A program made the position numbers and the translations under genes. This document shows, piece after piece, positions 43,612 to 50,530 of a stretch of DNA of 64,000 bases. Below the pieces are notes generated by a model, which did not search any database, was not told where the DNA came from, and saw only the letters and a list, made by a program, of their open reading frames with translations. Within the stretch, counting starts at the first letter, position 1; every line of letters begins with the position of its first letter. Origin of the DNA: Vicinamibacterales bacterium (lineage in GTDB: Bacteria; Acidobacteriota; Vicinamibacteria; Vicinamibacterales; JAMQPK01). The stretch is from contig CAWGDY010000027.1 in NCBI GenBank assembly GCA_963821395.1, forward strand, positions 9,407 through 73,406, read 5' to 3'.

Positions 43612-44102
43612 AGGGGCAGCGAGGTCGACGTCTTGACTTCCTTGACGACGATGCTCGTTCTGGTGCGGTCGATGCCACCGGCCTTCATGAGCTTGCCGAA
43701 CAGAAACTTCTCCAGGTGGTCGTGATTGGCGACGACCACCTTCAGCAGGTAATCGAACTCGCCGGTCAGGAAGTGGCACTCGAGCACTTCGGGCATCTTC
43801 TTGATCTTGTCGGGAAACTGCTTCACCGAGTTCGTCCGGTGATGCGCCAGGGTGACATGGATGAAGCAGAGCAGGTCGAGCCCCACGGCCTCGCGGTTGA
43901 TGACGGTCGAGTAGCCGCGAATCACGCCCTGGTCCTCGAGCTTGCGGAGGCGTTTCTGGAGGCCCGGGCCTGAGAGATCGAGCCGCCGGGCCAGCTCGGC
44001 GGTCGGTACCCGGGCGTCATCCTGCAGATGCGACAGCAGCCGGCGGTCGAGATCGTCGAGCCGGAAGGCGGTCGTCCGGGGTCCCGATTGCAATTTTGTC
44101 AT
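43608..44102 (-). CDS. Lrp/AsnC-family transcriptional regulator
   Basis: 164 aa. The HTH is LDDLDRRLLSHLQDDARVPTAELARRLDLSGPGLQKRLRKLEDQGVIRGY, followed by an RAM/AsnC_trans_reg domain. Confidence 0.9.
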   Translation of the reverse strand: MTKLQSGPRTTAFRLDDLDRRLLSHLQDDARVPTAELARRLDLSGPGLQKRLRKLEDQGVIRGYSTVINREAVGLDLLCFIHVTLAHHRTNSVKQFPDKIKKMPEVLECHFLTGEFDYLLKVVVANHDHLEKFLFGKLMKAGGIDRTRTSIVVKEVKTSTSLPL

Positions 44103-44174
44103 GGTTACGATTCTAAACCGTTTCTGTATTTTTTGTTTGCATTATGCGGGCCGAGTGCGAAAATGGTTTGTATT
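44103..44174. promoter_or_regulatory. AT-rich divergent lrp/hppD control region with a direct repeat
   Basis: GTTTGCATTATG (44135-44146) and GTTTGTATTATG (44166-44177) are spaced 31 nt apart. The region is unusually AT-rich for this window. Confidence 0.4.
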
Positions 44175-45266
44175 ATGGCTGACTTCTGCCCCATTAAACG
44201 CATCGACCATCTCGAGTTCTACGTGGGCAACGCCAGGCAGTCTGCCGCGTTTTACGAGAGTTGCTTCGGATTCCAGCGCACCGCGTATCGCGGGCTCGAA
44301 ACCGGCAGCCGCGATTCGGCTTCCTATGTCGTCGAGCAGGGGGATATCCGGTTTGTCCTGACGTCGCCGCTCGGCCCTGACCACTATGCGGCGGAGTTCG
44401 TGCGCCGGCATGGCGATGGCGTGGGCGTCATTGCGCTCCAGGTTCCCGACGCCGCGGCGGCCTTTGAAGAGACGACCAGCCGGGGCGCCGAGCCGGCCAT
44501 GCCGCCGTCGGACACCAGCGACGAGAAAGGCGTGTTGCGGACGGCCGCGATCCATGCCTACGGCGACACGCTCATCAAGTTCGTCGAGCGCGACGATTAC
44601 GCGGGCAGCTTCGCCCCCGGATTCCGGCCCCTGCCGGGTACTCCCGCCCACCCGGGCGTCCTGAAAGCGATCGACCACATCGTCGGCAACGTCGAGCTGG
44701 GCGAGATGGAGAAATGGGTCAGGTTCTTTGCCGAGACGATGGGTTTCACCCAGCTCGTGCACTTCGACGACAAGACCATCACGACCGAATATTCGGCGCT
44801 GATGTCGAAGGTGATGCAGGACGGCACCGGGCGCGTCAAGTTCCCGATTAACGAGCCGGCGACGGGGAAGCGCAAGTCGCAGATTCAGGAGTATCTGGAC
44901 TACTACCAGGGCCCCGGCGTGCAGCACATCGCGTGCGTGACCGACGACATCGTCAAGGCCGTGCGCCGGCTGCGCGCGTGGGGCGTCGAGTTTCTCCGGG
45001 TGCCCCCCACCTATTACGACGATCTCGAGCGGCGCGTCGGGAAGATCGACGAGCCCGTCGCCGAGCTCGCCGAGCTCGGCATTCTCGCGGATCGTGACGA
45101 GGAGGGCTACCTGCTTCAGATCTTCACGCAGCCGGTGCAGGACCGGCCCACGCTTTTCTTCGAGGTCATCGAACGGCACGGCTGTCGCGGGTTTGGCGAA
45201 GGCAACTTCAAATCGCTCTTCGAAGCCATCGAACGGGAACAGGCGCGAAGAGGCAATCTGGTATGA
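44175..45266 (+). CDS. hppD: 4-hydroxyphenylpyruvate dioxygenase
   Basis: 363 aa (alternative ATG at 44163). It starts MADFCPIKRIDHLEFYVGNARQSAAFYESCFGF. The two vicinal-oxygen-chelate halves and the C-terminal motif (FFEVIERHGCRGFGEGNFKSLFEAIEREQ) are typical of HppD. Confidence 0.9.
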   Translation: MADFCPIKRIDHLEFYVGNARQSAAFYESCFGFQRTAYRGLETGSRDSASYVVEQGDIRFVLTSPLGPDHYAAEFVRRHGDGVGVIALQVPDAAAAFEETTSRGAEPAMPPSDTSDEKGVLRTAAIHAYGDTLIKFVERDDYAGSFAPGFRPLPGTPAHPGVLKAIDHIVGNVELGEMEKWVRFFAETMGFTQLVHFDDKTITTEYSALMSKVMQDGTGRVKFPINEPATGKRKSQIQEYLDYYQGPGVQHIACVTDDIVKAVRRLRAWGVEFLRVPPTYYDDLERRVGKIDEPVAELAELGILADRDEEGYLLQIFTQPVQDRPTLFFEVIERHGCRGFGEGNFKSLFEAIEREQARRGNLV

Positions 45267-46429
45267 GCTATTACTTCAAGCTCGGCCGGCTTCCGCACAA
45301 GCGTCACACGCAGTTCCGTCAGCCGGACGGCTCTCTGTACCACGAAGAGCTGATGGGCATTCACGGCTTCGTCGGGAACAAGTCGCTGCTCTATCACCTG
45401 CGTCCGCCCACCCAGGTGACCCAAATCGACCGCGGCTGCGAAGTGAAGATTCCGTATGCGGACCCCGGGCCGGTTCAGCATCGGCTGCTGAATACCGCGA
45501 ACGTGCCCGCGGGCGGCGACGCGATTAGCAGCCGGGTGCCGTTGATGGCCAACAGCGACGTGTGCATCTCGGTGGCACGGCCCACGGACCAGATGCCGTA
45601 CTGGTACCGGTACGCACATGGCGACGAGGTGATCTTCGTCCACGAGGGCACGGGCGTCCTCGAGAGCCAGTTCGGCACGCTGCGCTACGGGTCGGGCGAT
45701 TACCTGGTCGTTCCGACAGGGGTCATCTGGCGCATCGTGCTCGACGCCGGCGTCGGGCAACGCATGCTCGTGGTCGAAACCTCGGGCGGCCACATTTCAC
45801 CGCCACGGCGCTATGTGAACCAGTACGGACAGTTCCTCGAGAGCGCGCCCTATTCGGAACGCGATATTCGCCCGCCCGATGCGCTGGTCACGCACGACGA
45901 AACAGGGGAATTCGAAGTTCGTGTGAAGGCACGCGGATTCGTTTCGAGGTATCACTATCCGCACCATCCGCTCGACGTGGTGGGGTGGGACGGGCACCTC
46001 TGGCCGTTTGCGTTCAACATCGAGGATTTCGAGCCCATCACGGGGCGGGTGCATCAGCCCCCGCCGGTGCACCAGACCTTCGACGGTCCCGGCTTCGTGC
46101 TGTGTTCGTTCGTGCCGCGCCTGTTCGACTATCACCCGCAGTCGATCCCCGCGCCGTACAACCATTCGAACGTCGATTCGGACGAGATGATCTACTACGT
46201 CAAAGGCGACTTCATGTCGCGCAAGGGCATCGAAGCGGCGGCCATCACGGTGCATCCCAACGGCATTCCGCACGGACCGCATCCCGGCACTTACGAAGGA
46301 TCGATCGGCAAGACACGCACGGACGAGCTGGCGGTGATGGTCGATACGTTCAGGCCGCTTCAGCTCACGACTCACGCACTTACCCTGGAGAACACGACGT
46401 ACCCGTTCAGCTGGACCCATCGCGCCTGA
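45263..46429 (+). CDS. hmgA: homogentisate 1,2-dioxygenase
   Basis: 388 aa, starting MSYYFKLGRLPHKRHTQFRQPDGSLYHEELMG. The cupin core has His/Glu ligands in the region HSNVDSDEMIYY...HPNGIPHGPHPG. The ATG overlaps the hppD stop (ATGA). Confidence 0.85.
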   Translation: MSYYFKLGRLPHKRHTQFRQPDGSLYHEELMGIHGFVGNKSLLYHLRPPTQVTQIDRGCEVKIPYADPGPVQHRLLNTANVPAGGDAISSRVPLMANSDVCISVARPTDQMPYWYRYAHGDEVIFVHEGTGVLESQFGTLRYGSGDYLVVPTGVIWRIVLDAGVGQRMLVVETSGGHISPPRRYVNQYGQFLESAPYSERDIRPPDALVTHDETGEFEVRVKARGFVSRYHYPHHPLDVVGWDGHLWPFAFNIEDFEPITGRVHQPPPVHQTFDGPGFVLCSFVPRLFDYHPQSIPAPYNHSNVDSDEMIYYVKGDFMSRKGIEAAAITVHPNGIPHGPHPGTYEGSIGKTRTDELAVMVDTFRPLQLTTHALTLENTTYPFSWTHRA

Positions 46430-46451
46430 GACGAGCATCAAGGAGGCATTC

Positions 46452-47300
46452 ATGGCTGGGAAGAATTTCGAGGCGTTCAAGCAGACCATCGAGGAACGGT
46501 TCATGGGCCATCCGGTGGTGACCGACAACGCCTACACGAAGTGGTTTTCGCGCGGCGACATGCCTTTGGATCACCTCCGGCGGTTCACCATCGAGTTTTC
46601 CGTGTTTTCGAACCAGTTCCTGCTCGCCGCGCTCAATCGAGCGATCAACGCGGACTCGCTGCACGCCGCGCGGGAATCGAAAGAGATTCTCATGAATGAG
46701 CTCGGCGTCATCTACAACAGCAAGGGCGGACACGGCATGGCGGCAGGGGAGCCGGCCGGATCGAGCCACGACTCGGACCGGGAAGGCGATCCCGCGCTGG
46801 TCGCGACCGAGGGCACGGTGGACGGCGGCAAGTTCCGTTTCCAGGCCGCGCACTTCGAGTGGCTGTTGCGTTTCGGCCAGTCGCTGGGCCTCACGTTCGA
46901 CGACATGGGCAAGCGCCGGCATGGCATTCCGAGCACGTTGTTCTTCTGCGACGAGCTGTTCCGGCTGTACGGGAGCGACGACTACAACCAGGCGATGGGC
47001 GCGGCGTTCGCCGTCGAGAACTGGGCCGCGGCTGGGTTCTGGAAAGAACTGATTGCCGGGCTCGAGCGGATGAAGGCGACCCGCGTGCCCGACATGCCGC
47101 TGGCGTTCTTCACCTGGCACGACAAGATCGAGGACCAGCACAAGGCGCACGTGTGGGACGAGCTGCGTGAGTGCTACGAGTCGCCGAAGTTCCGCGAGGA
47201 GCCGTTTCTCACCGTGGGCGTGAAAATGCTCGACGGCGTGAAGGTGTTCTGGGACGGACTTGACGGCGAGCGGCGGAAGATGGGGAAATTCGCCGCGTAG
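46452..47300 (+). CDS. heme-oxygenase-like / iron-containing redox enzyme family protein (TenA/PqqC/CADD-like helical fold)
   Basis: 282 aa. The pattern HPVVTDNAYTKWFSRGDMPLDHLRRFTIEFSVFSNQFL...ESKEILMNELG...HFEWL...AVENWA...WHDKIEDQHKAH is typical of that family. The E/H residues are placed like diiron ligands. Confidence 0.65.
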   Translation: MAGKNFEAFKQTIEERFMGHPVVTDNAYTKWFSRGDMPLDHLRRFTIEFSVFSNQFLLAALNRAINADSLHAARESKEILMNELGVIYNSKGGHGMAAGEPAGSSHDSDREGDPALVATEGTVDGGKFRFQAAHFEWLLRFGQSLGLTFDDMGKRRHGIPSTLFFCDELFRLYGSDDYNQAMGAAFAVENWAAAGFWKELIAGLERMKATRVPDMPLAFFTWHDKIEDQHKAHVWDELRECYESPKFREEPFLTVGVKMLDGVKVFWDGLDGERRKMGKFAA

Positions 47301-47316
47301 GTGATGTTGCTCACCT

Positions 47317-47384
47317 GACGCAGAGGCGCAGAGACGCAGAGATCTTTTTCAAAAGAATTCTCCGCGCCTTTGCGGCTCTGCGTC
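47317..47384 (+). terminator. imperfect word-repeat palindrome downstream of the HDO-like gene
   Basis: The outer pair is GACGCAGAG ... CTCTGCGTC. GCAGAG words repeat three times on the left arm. The AT-rich centre is GATCTTTTTCAAAAGAATTCTCC. Confidence 0.45.
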
Positions 47385-47411
47385 GAGCACCGATCGGACT
47401 AGAATCCATCA

Positions 47412-49379
47412 GTGCTCGCCCGCGCGGGGTCGTTCCGATCGCACATCGTTCCTCTGATGCTGCTGGCCGCCATGTCCGTCTTGTGGACCTGGCCGCTCGT
47501 CCTCCACCTGCAGGATCACATCCCCGGACTTCCCGGCGACAACTACAGCTTTCTGTGGAACCTGTGGTGGATGCGCAAGGCCCTGAGCGCACCCGAGCTC
47601 GACTTCTTCCATTCGCAGTATCTCTTCAGCCCGTTCGGCGTCGATCTGATCAACCATCCGCACACGGCGCTTCAGGCCTATCTGACCGCCACCGTGTTCT
47701 CCGGGCTGTCCATAATCCAGGCCGAGAATTTCTACGTCATCACGTCCGTCTTCCTGAACGCGGCGTGCGCGTACGCGCTCGCGTGCGACATGACGGGCGG
47801 CCGCCGAATGGCGTTGCTCGCGGGCGTCGCCTTTGGCGGCTCGCCGTATGTGGGCGCGCACCTGCTGGGCCACTTCGATCTGCTGACGGCGTGGGTGATT
47901 CCGCTCTTCGCGCTGTTTCTACGCCGGTCGCTTCGGACAGGCCGCGTCGGACCGGCGATCGGCTGTGGCGTGTGTCTCGCGGTGGCGGCCTACTCGGCGT
48001 ACTACCACGTTGTCTATCTCGCGTTGCTGACCGTGGCGTACGTGGCGGCATCGTGGCACATCGGTCGCGCCTCGATCGAAACACGGCCACAGCATCAAGC
48101 GCTTTTTACGGTGCGCCTGATCCTCGTGGGACTCGCCGCACTCGACGCCTTCCTGATTGTTCTGATCGCCACGACCGGAGGAGGGACGTTCTCTGTGGGT
48201 GGAGCCGCGATTTCCGCCCGTGGCGTCCAGAATCCGCTGCTCGTCCTGTGGCTCATCCTGCTCGCCTGGGGGCTCACGCAGTGGCGCCTGAGAATTCGAT
48301 TCGAGCCTCCAGGCGCGGAAATGTTCTGGCGCGGTGCGCAAGCCGTGATGATTGCCGTGGCGACGTTCACGGTGGTCTGCCTGCCTCTTATCGTTCAGGC
48401 GTTCCGGCTGGCCGTGAGTGGACGTTACGTGAGCCAGACCTATTTCTGGCGTAGCGCGCCGCGCGGCATCGATGCGCTGGCGCCTGCGCTCGGTAATCCT
48501 TTTCATCCGCTGTTCGGCGGCCTCGCAACGGGTTTGTACGAACGGTTGGGCCTCGATCGAATCGAGGCGGTCGGGTGGCTGGGGGTGGTGCCGTTCGTTG
48601 TGTTGCTGACGGGAAGAGGGAAGTGGAGTGACGTCGAGGAGGCGCGGCGCTGGAAGGTCGTGCTCTGCGTGTTCGCGGTCTGGGCGCTCGGGCCGTTCCT
48701 GACGATAGCCGGCTTCGACGCGGGCCTGCCGTTGCCGCAGGCGCTCGCGCGATTCGTGCCGGTCGTCGAGAACGCGCGCATGCCGGGGCGCGCGATGGTT
48801 GGTGTGTACCTGGCGTTGGGCGTGTTGATGGTGTTGAGGGGGGTAGCGCAGGGCTTCAGCCCGGCCTATTCGAGGGCAATCATCGCCCTCCTCGCGCTCG
48901 ACTATCTTCCCGCGCCCATCCCGCTGACCGCGCTCGATCGGCCCGCCGTGTACGAGCAGCTCCGGACGATCGACGACAGCGGCCCGGTCATCGAAGTTCC
49001 GTTCGGGATCGGCGATGGTCTGTCGCCGGGCCGTGGCAGCCAGGAGCGCCGGCGGCTGTACTACGCGACGATTCACGGCCATCCCCTCGTCGGCGGCTAC
49101 ATCGGCCGCATGCCGCCAAACGTCGCGCAGGCGTACGAAGCGATGCCGGTTGTGGGAAATCTGCTGCGGCTGTCGAGCGGCGAGGACGTCATCACGGACG
49201 AGACCCCGGTTGGGTTGCCGTTCCGCTACCTCGTCCTTGATACGAACGCGGCGTCGCCCGAGTTGGTCGAATACGTGCGCGGCACGCTCGACATGGACCT
49301 CATCACGTCGGGCGACGGGAAGCAGTTGTATGCGGTGCAGGGGATGCGGCCGTCGAGCCTCAGAGCGTCGCGACAATGA
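47412..49379 (+). CDS. large polytopic membrane protein (possible GT-C-type glycosyl/lipid transferase; family not assigned)
   Basis: 655 aa with more than 10 hydrophobic helices. The N-terminus is WPLVLHLQDHIPGLPGDNYSFLWNLWWMRKAL, and there is a soluble C-terminal domain. It contains a REP-like sequence in frame at about 48848-48865 (aa GVAQGFSPA). Confidence 0.75.
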   Translation: MLARAGSFRSHIVPLMLLAAMSVLWTWPLVLHLQDHIPGLPGDNYSFLWNLWWMRKALSAPELDFFHSQYLFSPFGVDLINHPHTALQAYLTATVFSGLSIIQAENFYVITSVFLNAACAYALACDMTGGRRMALLAGVAFGGSPYVGAHLLGHFDLLTAWVIPLFALFLRRSLRTGRVGPAIGCGVCLAVAAYSAYYHVVYLALLTVAYVAASWHIGRASIETRPQHQALFTVRLILVGLAALDAFLIVLIATTGGGTFSVGGAAISARGVQNPLLVLWLILLAWGLTQWRLRIRFEPPGAEMFWRGAQAVMIAVATFTVVCLPLIVQAFRLAVSGRYVSQTYFWRSAPRGIDALAPALGNPFHPLFGGLATGLYERLGLDRIEAVGWLGVVPFVVLLTGRGKWSDVEEARRWKVVLCVFAVWALGPFLTIAGFDAGLPLPQALARFVPVVENARMPGRAMVGVYLALGVLMVLRGVAQGFSPAYSRAIIALLALDYLPAPIPLTALDRPAVYEQLRTIDDSGPVIEVPFGIGDGLSPGRGSQERRRLYYATIHGHPLVGGYIGRMPPNVAQAYEAMPVVGNLLRLSSGEDVITDETPVGLPFRYLVLDTNAASPELVEYVRGTLDMDLITSGDGKQLYAVQGMRPSSLRASRQ

Positions 49380-49941
49380 TGGCGAAGCAGATGGCGCCGG
49401 AACCGAGCGCCAGCCATCCCCATCCGCGCGTGGCGGGCAAGTGCCACCACATATAGATTCCGGTCGCAATCCACAGCAGCAGCCCCACGCAAACCATGTC
49501 GACAAACAGCGCCCAGATAGAATCCCAGGCGCCGCCCATGTCGTAGCCGCCCCGCGTGTGCATGCTCGTGATGAACTGCCGGGCGGAGAAGTTCCGGTGC
49601 TCGACCGTCATCCTGCCCCGATCGGCGTAGTAGATGATCCGAACCGGCGTCAGAAAGTTCGGATGGTTGACGTTCACCTGTCGCGGATTGGCGCGGTTGA
49701 CGAAATAGCCCCCGTTCACCCCCGCGGCGTCCATCAACTGGCGGCCGAGCGGACGGAGATTCTCTCCCGCGGCGGGTACGGTCGCGTCGAACTGGCGTTC
49801 GGCGACCTGCGTCCAGCTGACGGGATTGGGCGACAGGGTGTGGTTGATGGGGATTGTGCTGACACCGAACATGATCATCCACGGCAGCAGGAACAGCCCC
49901 ATGTAGAGGTGGGTGCGACGGATGAAATGCAGGAACGTCAT
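49360..49941 (-). CDS. PepSY-associated TM-helix protein (paralog 2 of a tandem pair)
   Basis: 193 aa from the internal ATG (MTFLHFIRRTHLYMGLFLLPWMIMFG). The ATG overlaps the upstream paralog's stop (ATGA). Confidence 0.7.
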   Translation of the reverse strand: MTFLHFIRRTHLYMGLFLLPWMIMFGVSTIPINHTLSPNPVSWTQVAERQFDATVPAAGENLRPLGRQLMDAAGVNGGYFVNRANPRQVNVNHPNFLTPVRIIYYADRGRMTVEHRNFSARQFITSMHTRGGYDMGGAWDSIWALFVDMVCVGLLLWIATGIYMWWHLPATRGWGWLALGSGAICFAIIVATL

Positions 49942-50513
49942 ATGGTCAGCGCGAAGAGCGCAAAGATTCCGGCGCCGGTCACGGCGCACGCAAGTCCCCA
50001 CCAGCGCGTCGCGCGCATTTCCCACCACATCCACAAACCCGACAGGGCCCAGAACACCATGGCGACGATCACGGCATCGACGCTCACCGCCATCGCCATG
50101 TCGGCCGCGTACGGCTGCTGATAGCCGCGCCGGCGGTGAAAGCGATTGAGGAAGCCGCTGGTTTCGAGGTCGAGGCGCTCGACGACGATGCGGCGATCCT
50201 GCGGGGTGAAGGTGATGCGCCGCGGCGACAGCATGCCCTGGCGATTGATCGTGAGCCGCCCGTCCGGTCCCGGCCCCTGCACGCCGAACGCGCCGTCGAG
50301 ATTCAGATCGAGCAGGATCTGCCGGGCGATTTCACGAGGCGGCGTGGTGGGCTCGAACGTGTTGCCGTAGGTCTCCTCCTGCTCTTTGATGAACGTCGTC
50401 GGCCGCGCCATTCGATGCTGCATGGCGATGGTGCTGATCGCGTAGACGATCATCCACGGCGTCAGAAACAGCGCGAGATACATGTGCGTCCGGCGGACGA
50501 CCCTGGAAAACAT
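49938..50513 (-). CDS. PepSY-associated TM-helix protein (paralog 1)
   Basis: 191 aa: MFSRVVRRTHMYLALFLTPWMIVYAIS..., with C-terminal helices (VIVAMVFWALSGLWMWW, WWGLACAVTGAGIFALFALTI). Confidence 0.7.
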   Translation of the reverse strand: MFSRVVRRTHMYLALFLTPWMIVYAISTIAMQHRMARPTTFIKEQEETYGNTFEPTTPPREIARQILLDLNLDGAFGVQGPGPDGRLTINRQGMLSPRRITFTPQDRRIVVERLDLETSGFLNRFHRRRGYQQPYAADMAMAVSVDAVIVAMVFWALSGLWMWWEMRATRWWGLACAVTGAGIFALFALTI

Positions 50514-50530
50514 GCGCTCCTTGTATCACA

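Noticed and set aside
42728-43678. 317-codon N-terminal extension of the fahA ORF
   Set aside because: The sequence is Arg-rich nonsense. It overlaps the better-supported 293-aa gene in another frame. The FAH homology begins at the internal MADLNETHD.
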